Part shown: one piece after another, positions 25,101-38,745 of the stretch
How the letters are laid out: every line of letters begins with the position of its first letter
How positions within the stretch are numbered: the stretch's first letter is position 1
Source of the DNA: Vicugna vicugna
Taxonomy: Eukaryota
DNA length: 64,000 nucleotides
Assembly: GCA_013265495.1 (NCBI GenBank)
Contig: MU058065.1
Span: 6,510,302 to 6,574,301 of the forward strand
Direction of reading: 5' to 3'
The notes under the pieces: generated by a model
Database searches by the model: none
What the model saw: only the letters and a program-made list of their open reading frames with translations
What the model was told of the DNA's origin: nothing
Translations under genes and position numbers: made by a program

Positions 25101-28100
25101 CATGATGATCTTTTTTATATTATTCTTAGGCTTGATTTGTTAGCATTTTGTTGAGAATTTCTGCATCTATATTCATGAGGGATACTGGCCTACAGTTTTT
25201 TTTCCCCCAATGTCTTTTTCTATTTTTATTACCATTACTCTGGAATGCTGGTCTCACCAAGAGTTGAGAAGTTTCCTCTCCATGGTCTGGAGAAGTTTTA
25301 TAAAATTGGCATTATTTCTTCTTTAAATTTTTGGTAGAGTTAACCAGTTGAAAATATTTGGGCCTGGAATTTTCTACGCCGGAAGGTTTTTAACTACACA
25401 ACTATTCAGCTTATCAATTTTTTCTTGAGTGCACTTTGGCAGACTGTATTTTTGCAAAGAATTTGTCCATTTCACCTAAGTTTTCACAGTTAAGGGCAAA
25501 GAGTTATTAGCAGTATTACCTTTTATTCTTTTAATGTCTGTAGAGTCTTTTATAACGCACCCCCTTTCATTCATGATATTTTGTAATCTGTGTCTTCTTT
25601 TTTTTCTCAACCTATCTGGCTAGAGGCTTATTAATTTAATCGAATTTTTTGAATAAAAAATTGAGGGTGGATAAAATGAGTGAAGGTGGTCAAAAGGTAT
25701 AACCTTCTGGTTGTAAGATAAAAAAAAGTCCTGGGGATGTAATGTACATTATGGTGACTATAGTAATAATACGGTATTGTATGTTCGAAAGCTGCTAAGA
25801 TAAATCTTAAAAGTTCTCATCACAGGGAAAAAAATGTTATAACCATGTGTGATGAGGGATGTTAACTAAACTTACTGTAGTGATAATTTTGCAATTATAT
25901 ATACAGTCAAATCATTATGTTGTATATCAAATGTCAATTATATCTCAATTAAACAAAATCAGCTTTTGGTTTCACTTATTTTATATACTGTTTTCCTGTT
26001 CCTACTTTCATTGATATCTATTCTTTACTATTTCCTTCCTTTTTTTTTGCTTTGGCTTAATTTGCTCCTTTTCCTAGTTTCTTACATTGAAAGTATAGAT
26101 CACCAAAGACCTCTCTTTCTAGAATAAGCATTTAATACTATAAACTTCCCCTAAGCCCCGTTTTAGCTGCATCCTACAAATTTTGATACATTACATTTTT
26201 ATTTTCATTCAGTTTCAGATATTTTTTGTTTTATGGTATGTATCATTTCATTTATATTCAAACTTGTTTGATAACCCTTGAACTGTAGGAAAAAGTCTAA
26301 AACCAAATATTCACCTTCTGCTTGTTCTCTCAAATGACTTGGGAAAAACTGAGTTTCAAAAAATATATGCAAGCGTAGGCAACTGACTTAGTACTGTCCA
26401 AGTATTTTTTCACATCCCCCCACTGTCAACTTTTATCCTAACATCACATAAGTGTATCATCCAAATGCAGTAGTCAAGAAACCAGCAGAAGTAGGATGAT
26501 TTGAATCAGAACTATAAATATAAATGTTTTCTTTTGGCTGGAATCATGTTGATGTTTTAAATCCTACTTGAGAATGTATCTTAGAAGTAGAAAAGAATAC
26601 ATTGGAGAAAAGTATCTAATAGAGTATCATCTAGGAGATATAAAAAGAAATAACATTCATTTAGAGAGTATGAGATAACAGTTACTCCTTAAAGGAGACT
26701 AAAATGCTTCTGAGAAATGTATCTTAGAAATACCAAACTTTTAAGTTATACTTCCTGACTCACGGTTTATAATCATAGGGATATGACAAAGGTTGAACAT
26801 AAAAATAATAACCTAACAAAACAGTTTGTATAATCAGTGTTCTTTTGTTTGGTTAGTACTTTAAGCAAAAGCTATCAGAAAAAGACACTGAAAAAAGGAA
26901 GGGCAATTTAAGAAAGAAACCTTCTTGAATGTATTTACATTTCACAAATCCAAAGATAGTTCTTTCCCACCCAGGAGTCTGAGATCTGAAATAGCTGATA
27001 TATTATTTTCTTAAGTAAGAAGTATTTTAGACACATTTCCCACTATAAACATATATGGAAACATTAACTTGAACATGCAGAGATTCAACAAGATAAAACA
27101 GAAGGCAAACCCTTGGAGTTATGGGAGAATAGCTTAGCAGTGAGAAAGACAAAAAACCAAACCAAAACAACAAATTCAAATTCTTATTCCTGTAATATTC
27201 TTTATTTATTTACTAATGCTCTAGTTCTTTACTTTTCCTAAATTTAGTAAACATTTCTACATATACACTAAATTTAATGGGCCTCATAGCTTTAGTAACA
27301 ATACTCAGAATGGTACCTGATAAGAGCAATCATGTTCCTCATGTTCATTTATTAGTGAAAACAGACGCAACCTCAAAGATGAAAACAATCAGTGAACAAA
27401 AACTATCAAAAGCCAGACAAAACACCTATGTTAAGAACACTATTTCGAATGATCATTTCAGATTTTCAAAAACAATCCTAATAACTTACCAATAACTCCA
27501 AGACTCGTTAGCCGAAGATACTCAAAGGGACGTGTTTTACTGACAGTGTGCAAAAAAGGGTACAAAAAAAGTGGGATGTGTGCTGCAAGAAATGCTGACC
27601 TGGAAGAGAAAATAATCACATTCAGAGCCCAGAGTTAATTTCTAAGGATTCTGAACATTCAAATTTCCAGGTGGCTAATTCTGTTAGGCCTGTAACATTG
27701 CTTGACCAAGGAATCTCTAGGAATGACTGTTGCTGGTTATTAGTCTAGACCAGTGATCCTTAGGTGGGGTAGCTGTGCCCCCCAGGGTACATGAGGCAAT
27801 GTCTGGAGATTTTTTGGTTGTCATAACTGAGGGGATTGTCATCCAATAGGCAGAAGCCAAGGGTGCTCCTAAATATCCTACAATGCATAGTACAACCCCT
27901 TCCTGTTCCCCTCTTACCACAAACAATACCCAGCCCCAAATGCCAATGGTGTCAAGGCTGAAAAGCCCTACCCTAGACCAATGGTTAAGAGAATACATGA
28001 TTTTCCCTGTAACCAGCACCTAGTACTTTAAAAACTGATAAAATATCCAACTGCAAGTTTTAAAAAATAGGCCATAAAATGTAATTAATTAAGTGCCCGA

Positions 28101-31100
28101 GAGATTCTCCTGGATATTCTCTCTCATCTAATTTATAACTGAATAATAATATTCATAAGTACAAGCTGACAAAATCTGATTAACCAAGATAATAAAACAA
28201 AGCAGCCAACACCAGATTTATCTGCTATGTACAAATACACACTTTCTGTTGTTGTTGTTAGAGCTTTTAGATACACTAAACATTCTAAAAACATTTTAAT
28301 CTGCAGATAATATGTTCAGGCAACTAACATGGAATCAGTCTATTACTTTATATAATTTATAGTGACACCTCAAAGGAGAGTCAAAACCCCCCAAATTTTA
28401 ACACTCAGAGTACTCTTACATTTTTCTTAAGTGCTTACAAATAATTTTCTTATCAACTTCTTTAAAGCTCTGAAAGGTCAATGCCAACCCAGCACTCAGA
28501 TTTTACAAGGAAAACTTGACAAAGTAAAGGCTTTAATAAGATGACTATTAAGTGTCTTAGGGCCATAAAAGTCACAAAGTAGGTTCCTGAACAGAATTTC
28601 CCTCTTTTCAATTTCTCAGATATAGCAGGAAGGCAAAAATGTCTCAACTTGCATGCCAATTCTCTCATCTATTACAGAGGTTGTCTAGAATCCTGAATTA
28701 ATAAGAAAGATTCTGAAGCCAAAACTGGCTTATTATGTGAGGAAAAAGTGCTGGGTTCAAATACTTACTGAACTCCTACTAAATGAAATGCACTATTCCT
28801 CATAGCATAGTGATGCCTACTATGGATTTAGGAGGGAGAGAATGCCATGTGCCCGATCTTTCCTGAGAGGTGACAACCATTCCTTTAAAGTTCCTTGCTA
28901 TCAATGGGTAAAAAGTAAATGAGATGGAACAGTACTCAGCCTTAACAAGGAAGCAAATTCTGACATTTGTTATAATATAGATGAACCTTGAAAACATTAT
29001 GTTAAGTGAAATAAGCCAATCACAAAAAGACAAATACTGTATGATTCCATTCATATGAGGTACTCAGAGCAGTCAAAACCATAGACAGAAAGTAGAATGG
29101 TGGATGCCAGGGGCAGGGTGGCAGGCAGAGGGATGGGGAGTTGTTTAATGGGTATAGAGTTTCAGTTTTACAAGATGAATAGAATTATGGAGATGGATGG
29201 TAGTGATGGTTGCACATCATGAATGTATTTAATACCACTGAACCAGACAGTTTAAAATGATTCAAATGACACATTTTATGTTATTTATATTTTATCACTA
29301 TTTTAAAAAGCAAAAAAAAATTAATTATAAAAGAACATGTTAATTATAAAAGAACATAATCCCATGCTGTTACTACACTAAAATTTGGTAAATTAGAGAT
29401 GAGAAATTCTTCAGGGGGAAAAAAAAAAGTAAACGAGAGCCCTGAAGAGCCAGCACATACACATGCACCTCTTCTCATCATTCAGAAGTAGTGTAGGACC
29501 ACATTCAATACAAACTTCCCCTCCCACACTCATCCAAAGCACTTACCTGGTTTCTGGATGTGATGCCACACACTGCAGTAATGCCAGAGCATTGCAAACT
29601 CTGTTAGACTGGTGTGCTGTCAAGGTGGGTGGATTGATAGATGGATAAATATTTACAATTTCCTAAAAAATGGAAATCAGCACCAGATGAACAAGGAATA
29701 ACTTTAATTCCCATGGTATGAAATCAAACAACTTTAATTCCACATATCCTGAAAGAACCAAACCATCAAAGAGGGAGCAGAAATAAACCATTTTCCCATC
29801 CTTTCATCACAAATGAATTTGACTGAGACTATCTGAGACATTACTACATATATCTCTAGGAAGACTTCTATAGAGGCAACTGTGGTCACCCACACTTCCT
29901 CCTACATCCTGCATCATCTGTTGAGGCTTTCACTTGAAGGACTTTTACATTTATAATCCCTCTTTTTGTCAACAATGTACTTTAAGTTATGGTGATGAGA
30001 GAGCTAGCCAGAAAGTGTTAGTAAATGAACCACAGTGACTCAAAGAAGTTTCTGTTTGGTCAGGTAGAAACTACAAAAAGGGGGAGGTAAGAACAAGGGT
30101 GTATGTGTGGGGATATATACAAACATCAGTGAATGTATGTGTTCTCTGTCAAAAGGTGATTTGCTGAGTACAATTCCATTTATCTTCATTGTAAAACTTT
30201 TACACAGAAAATAGTCCTATAAGAAGGATTAGTTTTTTGGACACATGTAATAGAGATAGAATGTGAAAAATTAATCTAATTATTAGGAATTGTGAACAAT
30301 ACTTTAAAGGATGATCATTCTATCTTGGTATCTTAGGACTACACCATTTCAACTTATTCCCCACAAATGACCATTCTGGTCAGAACCAAATTTCAGTTAT
30401 TTATTCTTTAATGTTCAAGTATACCCAACTTTAATTGTAGAGCTGTTATATCTTTATCTTAATATTTTCTTTCCCCAGAATATACCTTTCAGTCCTTATA
30501 CCTTCCTTTCCACCTTCTCTTCCCCTGTCATGTAGAATTATTTTGTAGTACTCCTAAAGCTGTGTTTCTCAAAGTGTAGTTCTTAGACCACCTGCATCAG
30601 GTCACCTGGGAGTGGGTGAGTTGCCTGTTAAACATACAAATTTTTCATCTCAGACTAAATAAATCAAACTTCTTGGGTAGGATCCAAGAATCTGCATTTA
30701 ACAAGTACCTCAGACTTTTCTAAAGCAGATTCTTACAAATGCTGACTTTTAACATTACTAAAGTTTTCAAAATCATTTGGGCAAAGGCAGAGAGGTACAA
30801 GTGTGATAAACAGGACTGAACTGCAACTCATGGATATATACCCACCTGTAAAAGTGCTGCAATAGTACCAAATGAATGCCACAGCATGGGTGCAAGGTCA
30901 GGAACAGATTCCCGCTTCTTACTTAGCTCCAGCAAAGCATTTTCCCTTGTCTCAGGACTGGACAGCTCGTTGATCCACTGATATATCTTTTCTCTATCCA
31001 CCTGGGCCAGTGCAGTAGGCACAGGCTTCAAGTGAAGACAAGAAAGTAAACATGTGAGTTTCATTAGAGTCAAACCAAGACTTACTCTGCAGTAGTGCTT

Positions 31101-34100
31101 TAGAGGAAATATATTTTTCATAAATACCAGGAGAGCTTGTCTCAATACATATACTTGATGTAAACTAATTTAATCTATCAAAATCTAAAATGCACAAATC
31201 TCTTAATAGTTCCATGTTTATGTATCTCCAATGTTCACAGCAGCACTATTTACAACAGCCAAGACATGGAAGCAACCTAAATGTCCATCAGCAGATGACT
31301 GGATAAAGAAGTTGTAATACATATATATATTCCATTATATATACATATGTGTATATATATACACATACATACGTTTTATATATATGTGTATATATATGCA
31401 CACCCCCCCCAACAACTTCTTTATCCAATCATCTGTTGACGGACATTCAGGTTGCGTCCACGTCTTGGCTATTGTAAATTGTGCTGCTATGAACATCCAA
31501 CACTTTCTTGAACTGTATTACACAGCTCCTCACAGTATTTACATGTTACCACTACACTTTAGTGTGACAGAATGATGACCTACCCATTACACAAATAGAA
31601 AGACGTGGAACAAAAAGGACAACTGTCTTTGTTGAAGAGAATGAAGTTTAAGATGGACTTTGAGGTATACTAACATTTACTCTATCCAAGCTGAACAATA
31701 GCCTTCTATAAATGGAAGCTTGATTAGAAGCTTTTAGCTTAATGTTTATCATTTCACTTGCTTGACCGAATGAACCACAAAGTGAAGTTCTGCTAAATGG
31801 ACTGAAATACCATGCAACTTAAGTCTTCTTTAAGTGCCTCATAGTAATCTGCTAAAAGCTGTTTTGCAATCCTCATCAGTGATGCTCCTCAAGAAAGCAT
31901 AGGCTCCTAAATGATGCAGAAGGAAAAGGGTACTTTCCCTCCACTTCCAACAGCAAAAGCAGTATGGTCTAAGCACTTGCCCTTTCTATGCTGCTACAGA
32001 TAGGTCTTCAACTTTAAAAAGTATTTTTGGAAATGTAATTCCCACCAGAAGATAGGATATGTTTATTTAGAGTATTACATCACCTTAAAAACTCAGTGGG
32101 AATAACAGCTAAAATCTGAGCTTTGGGTTTCCTGTCCACAGTCTCTTGGATGGCCACAATCCTAAAGACGGCCCCACAGACAAGGCTCCAGCCATACAGT
32201 ATCTATACTGTATCTATACAGTATCTATACTGATTAGTCATTACTCATTCCTAGAGGCTTGTCTTCCATACACCACTGTAAGTAAACTCCATCACCCTTT
32301 CTAGAGCCAATCTGTGACCTGTATCCAGCACCCCTGTACCCATCCTATCCTGGGGAACCCTAGGTGAACAACACCAGGCTGCACTGGTACCCTTAAGTCA
32401 GCAAATCATGGCTTCTGAACACCAGACCCCATACCCAAATATTCCATTTCCAGAGTGGGCTTGGCTCCAGCAGAGCAGACGGTTCCCTTGGAGTAGTGCT
32501 AGCACTCTGGAAGGCCAATGTCTGGTGTCTACTTGGGTCCTTAAGGCCATGACCACCTGTTGCCAGTAATATTCCAAATTTCGAGGCTACTTGTGGGAAC
32601 TGCAGCCTCCATGGTACTTTGGTTCTAAGAGAACTAGAGATGTCAGGTGGATGGTAGTGTGGCCCTCTCAGGTATACGTTTGGAGATATGAGTTCTGTAG
32701 CCATTCTAACAATTAATAAGGCAGTGAGGACAGTTTGGTACCAGGAAATATCTGAGGTAGGGACCCTTCTTTTCATCATCTCTGTTGAATTTCACCCCCA
32801 ACTTAATAAAAGGAGTTAGTTTAAACCTACTGAATACCTATTTGTTATGGGATAAATATAATTATTTCTTAAAAATGAGAGCTCACATATATACTGCTTG
32901 CTTTGTCGGGCACTGTCTTATCATTATCACTCTCATTTGATGAGAAAACTGAGAAACAGAGAAGTTATTTAAAAGTTAAGTGGCAAAGCCCAGGATTTCA
33001 TCCAGGCAATCTGGCAATAGAGTCCATACTTTAACTGCTTTGCTAATGCTGCTTCTCACTTGCCTGAAATATTAGGTCTGATCTAAAGACAACTGTACAA
33101 AAAACTATCTCTACACAACAGAGATAAGGAATATATAAAAAATCTCAGACAAAATTAAAGTGTTACTGCCGTTAGTTCAGTAGAATCCCAAAAAACAATC
33201 AGCACCATGAACAATATCATTGATACTAAGAGAAAATCTCTACTTATTGAGATTATGAGACCATCATTTTAATGGGAAAAGTCAGTGAAATAGTTTGACA
33301 TAGTTCTCTATGTCAAATCATGGCTCAGATGGACATAATTGTACTAATGACAGCCACCAATACACCCCCCCACCTACATCAACAAGTAATTTTATAACAC
33401 AGGGAAACTCGGTTATTTTGGAAAATAAAAGGGAAAATCTTTTAACATTTTGAGTTATATACTGATTTACAGATTAATTTATAGTATCAGACAACTTATA
33501 AAATACTTCGGACATCACCCCTGAATAAAACTGCAAAACACAACTCTAGCATCTGACAAGATCTATATACCACATCTTCTTTATCCCTGACTAGATCTTA
33601 ATGGTAATAAAAACCCAAAATGCCTCTCTCTTTCTGAATCCCAAGGATCATTTAGGCACAACTTTCACAAAAATATTAGAATCTGAAAATTGATGCCTTC
33701 CTAAAAGGGAGTAGGAAGTAAAAGAGTGGGGTGGGGTGGATGAGGGAACTATATTGTACTTTTTGAAACATGGTTTCATTTAATGATCACGGCAGTGTGG
33801 TTATTATCCACATTTCACAATTGATGGAACTATGAGTAAACAGTAGGCAGATTTCCTCCTCCTCTCATCTGTATTTATTTATTTTTTTATAATTTTTTGG
33901 GGGGGAGGAAGTTAGGTTATTTATTTCTTTCTTTATTATTTATTTTAATGGAGGTACTGGGGATTGAACCCAGGACTTGGTGCCTGCTAAGCACACACTC
34001 TATCACTGTGCTATAACCTCCCCCTCATTCTGTATTTAAAGATCATCTCCAAAGATTCCTAGTTCACTTGCTGCAATTCTTTTAATTTATAATTTACTAA

Positions 34101-37100
34101 TACATTTCTGAGGTGTAGCTAATATGAATACAACCTACTAGCACACACTGTCCAGCAGCAGAAAAACAAATTCATCGAACTTCTCTTTTGGAGACTACCT
34201 AACTTAAACGCACTAACAATAAGAGCAGGACACTACCACAAGAGCAGAGGTTAACATTTCTTGAATCAAATGAAATCTATGGGTCTTTTCCTCATGAAAA
34301 TACACAACTTCAAGTTGTTTTGCACATAATTTATTTTTTCCTGAAATTTACACATTTCAGGGAATTCACAGACTCCTCTGTAACCCATTTATGGACTCAG
34401 AATTAAAAACTTCTTTATCAAGTTAAAGAATAGGAAAGACCTAGATTTGCAAGTAACTATACTAGTCCATAACTAGAATGCACACTGGAATGGGAACCAG
34501 AAATGGTTTCAAAACGGTGTTGCCATTTCTAAAACTGTGTGACCAAAGATAAAACATTTCCTCTTCAAAGCCTCAAATTTACTATTGGTTAAATGAGGAA
34601 ACTAATATATTAAATCACTACCAAAGTCTCAGTCAGCTCTAAAATATTAGAAATTTCTTCCTTTAATGTAAGAGACTAATCTAAGTGGCTCTTTTAAAAA
34701 AATCTATTTTATTAAGGTACCATTTGCATACAATAAAATTTTCAAGTGTACTCCTCTTAAGTGTACATTTCAACGACTTTTGAGAAATCTATAAACCCAC
34801 GTGACCACCACCACAATCAAGATACAGATCATTTCCACTGTCGTCCCAAATTACCTAGTATTCCACAGCCAGCCCTCCACCATAGATTTTCTAGGAACTT
34901 TTTATAGGAAGCAGCATTTATTGAACATACTATATGCCAGCCACTGTGGATTATCTCAAATTATTCTCAAAATTCTGAGAGGAAACAAGTTCAGGGAAGT
35001 TTATCATACTTAAGCTCACACAAGCAAATACAGGGCAGAATTAAACTCATCTACTTCTCTCTAGAATCAGTGAGCCCTACTTGTTCCATAGGGTTGAAAT
35101 CACAAATATCCCTCCAAATTGAAGAAATTATTTAAGAACCCAATACAGAACTTTAAGTTTGATTTTGTTACAGTTGGATTTGGATAAACAGTAGGTTCAG
35201 TTAACATATCCCCAAAGTCATTTACAAGAAATCCAATTTGGACTATTAGTTATCATCCTCAACACTTCCAAGATCAGAAAGAAGCACTGTGGTTTATAAC
35301 TATGTATTTTTAGTTATAACCTGCTTAAAGTCAGTGGTCCTTTCCTTGAAACAGATGTGTTAAAAAATGTTTGTACCGTCAAAATTTAGGAGGGAATCGT
35401 TATTCTCTTTCCTGTTTCATGGTTTGTATGTGGCAAATGTATTTCAAGTAACTTTTTTCCTTCAGTAAAGCTTAACACAGGCTAAACATATATCAAAGTG
35501 AGCCACCAATGGTTAACTCCAAGTGTCACAAACACAGGGTACTAACAGTTGTCCTATTTCTGAAAAATCTTAACACAATGTGAAAAAGAGAAAGATATTA
35601 GAACTTAAAAAAGACAAATATTTACTCATAAATGGGAAAGAAATATAGTTCCTCCTCCCTCTGAGTAAATTAAAAAATTGTTGTTGATGGCTCCCTTAAA
35701 CAGAAAATAGCCAAATGTATCAATACAACTTTAGTTCAAGGGCCAAACCAATTGTTGGTTTTCTTACCAATGAATATGTGACAGTGTATAAAGAAAAAAA
35801 GGAATTAGATTGGAAGAGATTATTTTCCTAAGTCTGATGATGATTCAACATGTGACTTTGGGTGTCTATATAATGACGATATTCCAAGAAAACACACTTT
35901 CTTAATAGTGCCAAAGGGAGATGTTAAATTAGTTTAATTATACTCATGTCTTTAAAAAATAAGGGCCAGAATGTTCTTCAAAATAACTTTATAAAAATGG
36001 AAGTGAATAAGCAAAGAAGTTAGTTAGTTTGCTTAAATCTTCAGGAGACAAAGAAGGAGACAGTGTCTGAATTAGACCCTTCAGAATGCACAATGTTCTT
36101 TTTACTTGCCAAAGAGGAGGGCATCTGGGAGTCAGCGCTGCTCAACAAAAAGGTATAAAATGACTAATGCTGCTGCTGGTTACATGAAAAAAGATGGAAT
36201 AACAGGAGTTTAAGGATGTTAGAATTACCATGGGAAATTATAAAAAAACAAAAACAAAAAAACCCACACTCAATGTATCTCCTAAAGCCTTACTTTGGCA
36301 GTTTTAAATCACTAGTATAACGTTCATTACAGAAGACCCATGCTATGTGAAGATCTGTGGTTCTATTAAGCTGAAGCAACCTCCAAGGTCCATAACAAGT
36401 GATGTGTTACTTTGTTGAGACAGGAATTAGAGTCCCAAGGCTGAAGTCTGGGAACAAGTCATTAAACCAATGAGTGAACCTAGCCAACCACTGAACATTT
36501 TGTTAGTCTTATTTAATACAATCCTGTGTGCTATTTCTGTCCCTATTTAGTAGATGTAAGAGAGAAATTATATTCTATGATGGCAATAATGAAAGATGGT
36601 AGGATGTATTCTGTAAAAAAAATCACTCCACTATACTACAAATTGCTGGCATAATATTTTTAAAAAAGTCGAAATTTCAGATACATGCCCAATTATCTCA
36701 ATTCCTCCATCTAGTGAATAACACTCTGCATTCATATGTGATCATATTCTCCTTTGATAGTACTATCTCTCCAGCTCAAGTGATGATTTACCTGTTATTT
36801 TAAAAAACAAATAAAGGTATATGCAAATACAAATTTTCACCATTAGGTATCTTCTTCAGTAAGAATCTTCTCAAGTGGTTTAGATTATTACTGGCACCAC
36901 TGCATGTATTATTAACTCTTTTCAACTTCTAGTGAGTGATATACACCATTAGTGTCCTTTACCCAGATCAGAATAATACAGGCATTTTAACCTAATGGAA
37001 GGCTTTAAGGATTGGGAAAGAGGGGGTTCAACTTATCTATGCTTCAGACTCCTCAATAACCAAATATTCCAGTGAATGAGTGGTACAAGGGAATTTATCA

Positions 37101-38745
37101 GAGCTTCTGCGTGGTCCAAACAGCATAACAGGTAAAAGGGTACCTAACAGCTCAACTTCTAAATAAAGGTAAGGCATTGTAAATTAAATTGAAGAAACAT
37201 GTATTGAGTACTTACTATAAGTAATGAACCACAGCTTTAATGGCTGCTCAAAAAATGTATCAGGGAGCAACTGAAAATAAAACGAATCGAATAGGTAGAG
37301 TTTGGAGAGGTATAAGGAAAAAAGCAGCTTGATATCAAAGGGTAAAGACGACACAATCAGATTCTAAGAGATGGACAATCTAATCTTATTAGAATCCTTT
37401 GTTTAATTTGCCCCTTCCCTACCAGCAGCAACCTCATCTTCTGATTGGCTTTTCCCCAAATTATATATATAATTTGGGAGAAGAAACAAAACAAGGTGAG
37501 GAAATTGCAATCACCTAATTGAGAAATATAAAAGGTACCTCTCCACTGTGAACAGTTACAAACATTTAGAAACATCGTGTCAGGGGGCAGAGATGCCACT
37601 GGCCCTGGAAATGACCATGTTTTTCGTAGCTTAAGGCAATTTTTTTTGTCCTCTGTTTAGTACTTATGTCATTTTGCCCGGTAATGCAACTTCAGTATAT
37701 TACTCTCTCCTTAAGTCACTTCATCTTGTTTAAACTGAAAAAGCGAGGTGGGCATTCACAAGAGTGTGCTCAAACTGTATGATCCCATTTGCCCATTATG
37801 GTTACTTGCTCTCAGCAGTCACCTCCCTCCGCATCTGTACAGCCTCATTCAGCAAAGTCTTTGTGCCAGGAACTGTCTGGCACTGGGGTAATCATGTAAA
37901 CAGGACCCATACAATCCCTGTCCTTGACCTCAAAATGGGGACAAAGAAACAAGTAAATAAACACAAAAAATACAAATTGGGATCAATTCTGCGAAGAGTA
38001 CTCTAACAGCAGCCAGACGTGTGGGGTGTGTGTGTGTGTGTGTGTGTGTGTGTAGGGTAGGAGCATTCATCTGCGTAAGGACCATTGCAGGCCATCTCAA
38101 TGCAATGCGAAGCCATGGGATTACTTCAGACAGGTTAATTTACACTGTTTTCCTTGGTAAAGGATCACTCTGGGTAAAATGAGATGTGTGAAAAGAGGTT
38201 TTAAACACAGAGAACCGTAAGTCGGAAGAAATAGTTATTCTCTTCTCTGACTCTTTGATCTTGCATCTGTAAAGCAAGTGGCATGAGCTAGAAGCCATTT
38301 CTTCCCCGCCGCGATGTGCCTAGGCAGGAGGTGGTGAGAGCACGGGCGGTGTCAAATGGACCATGGAATTCCCCTCGCCCCCACCGACGCCCAGCTCTCA
38401 ACCGGCTCCCTGAAACTGTTGGTCAGCGCAATGAATCAATGAATGGCCCGTCCCGGCCGCTAGAGAGGCGCCCCGTCCGCGGGACCAGGCCCGGGAGCCG
38501 GAAAAGAACGCGATACGCCGCGCGAGAGGCCAGGGAGCCGACCGGCAAGGAAAGTGGGGGCCGGCTCCGCCACAGCCAAGCGCGGCGAAGAGGGAGGCTC
38601 GGGCCTTGCTGGTTGAGGAAAGGAGGAGCAGGACTCTCGCTCCACACAGGGAGCTCGGAGAAAAGGCCGAAACGCAGAGCTGAGGGGTTCTGGGCCCAGG
38701 CCGGGCGGCCCAACCACTTACCGCAGCCGTCGCCAGGCTGTGCAT
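15944..38745 (-). CDS. CNOT9: CCR4-NOT transcription complex subunit 9 (RQCD1/CAF40), complete, 299 aa
   Basis: Exons 38722-38745, 30846-31025, 29547-29662, 27490-27599, 22783-22892, 18089-18187, 17788-17879 and 15944-16112 sum to 900 nt with GT-AG introns: [68 protein letters not shown]...[16 protein letters not shown]. Confidence 0.98.
16621..16874 (+). mobile_element. Two tandem tRNA-derived SINEs (camelid type)
   Basis: Two copies of GGGGAGGG(G/T)A(T/C)AGC.CAGTGGTAGA...AAGGTCCTGGGTTCAATCCCCAG with A and B boxes and A-rich or (AAACC)n tails. Confidence 0.88.
17788..17879 (-). CDS. CNOT9: CNOT9 exon 7
   Basis: 92 nt, [30 protein letters not shown]. Confidence 0.96.
18089..18187 (-). CDS. 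CNOT9: CNOT9 exon 6
   Basis: 99 nt, [33 protein letters not shown]. Confidence 0.96.
18964..19480 (+). mobile_element. MaLR solo LTR (MLT1D-like)
   Basis: TG...CA ends, typical MLT1 3' end (CTGTAAGAGAATAAAT...GCAGCAAAAGGAAACTAATACA) and a 5-bp TSD AACAT at 18959-18963 and 19481-19485. Confidence 0.88.
21306..21438 (+). mobile_element. tRNA-derived SINE
   Basis: AAGGTCCTGGGTTCAAACCCCAGTACCTCC plus A-rich tail; TSD TTATCAAATGA at 21295-21305 and 21439-21449. Confidence 0.85.
21767..22581 (-). mobile_element. Young 5'-truncated LINE-1 (ORF2 C-terminus, 3'UTR, A tail)
   Basis: Uninterrupted ORF2 end ([18 protein letters not shown]...YYSAIK...HMRSLICRI*) and a perfect 14-bp TSD TTTAGTGTTTATTT at 21753-21766 and 22582-22595. 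Confidence 0.95.
22783..22892 (-). CDS. CNOT9: CNOT9 exon 5
   Basis: 110 nt, [36 protein letters not shown]. Confidence 0.96.
23900..26225 (-). mobile_element. Old L1 ORF2 fragment
   Basis: Antisense L1 motifs CCAGTACCATTTATTGAAAAGAC, TATCCTGCAACCTTG, GAACATCCTTGCCTTGTTC and TCTATATTCATGAGGGATA. Confidence 0.85.
25655..25955 (+). mobile_element. L1 3' end (L1MA-type) inserted in the opposite orientation into the older L1
   Basis: GAAGGTGGTCAAAAGGTA...GGGGATGTAATGTACA...CTTAAAAGTTCTCATCAC...GTCAATTATATCTCAAT. Confidence 0.78.
27490..27599 (-). CDS. CNOT9: CNOT9 exon 4
   Basis: 110 nt, [36 protein letters not shown]. Confidence 0.96.
27751..27970 (+). mobile_element. MER20-like hAT DNA transposon
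   Basis: CAGTG start, GGCAATGTCTGGAGA..TTTTGGTTGTCA core and CTAAATATCCTACAATGCA; degenerate 8-bp TSD ending CTAGAC on both sides. Confidence 0.8.
28905..29320 (+). mobile_element. L1 3' end (L1MB-like)
   Basis: ATGAACCTTGAAAACATTATGTTAAGTGAAATAAGCCA...GACAGAAAGTAGAATGGTGG...GATGGTAGTGATGGTTGCAC. Confidence 0.82.
29547..29662 (-). CDS. CNOT9: CNOT9 exon 3
   Basis: 116 nt, [38 protein letters not shown]. Confidence 0.96.
30558..30760. mobile_element. MER5A-like hAT element
   Basis: TTTCTCAAAGTGT...AGACCACCTGCATCAG...CACCTGGGAG...AGAATCTGCATTTAACAAG. Confidence 0.65.
30846..31025 (-). CDS. CNOT9: CNOT9 exon 2
   Basis: 180 nt, [60 protein letters not shown]. Confidence 0.97.
31231..31496. 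repeat. Inverted repeat of one L1 ORF2 segment (85-nt arms) around a TA/CA microsatellite
   Basis: 31231-31315 and 31412-31496 are reverse complements with 9 mismatches by manual alignment. Confidence 0.9.
33878..34025 (-). mobile_element. tRNA-derived SINE
   Basis: Reverse complement of the same family (GGAGGTACTGGGGATTGAACCCAGGAC on +); TSD TCTGTATTTA at 33868-33877 and 34029-34038. Confidence 0.87.
38026..38053 (+). repeat. (TG)n microsatellite
   Basis: Read directly from the sequence. Confidence 0.9.
38722..38745 (-). CDS. CNOT9: CNOT9 exon 1 coding part, MHSLATAA
   Basis: aacATG in the CpG island, donor GTAAGT at 38721. Confidence 0.95.
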
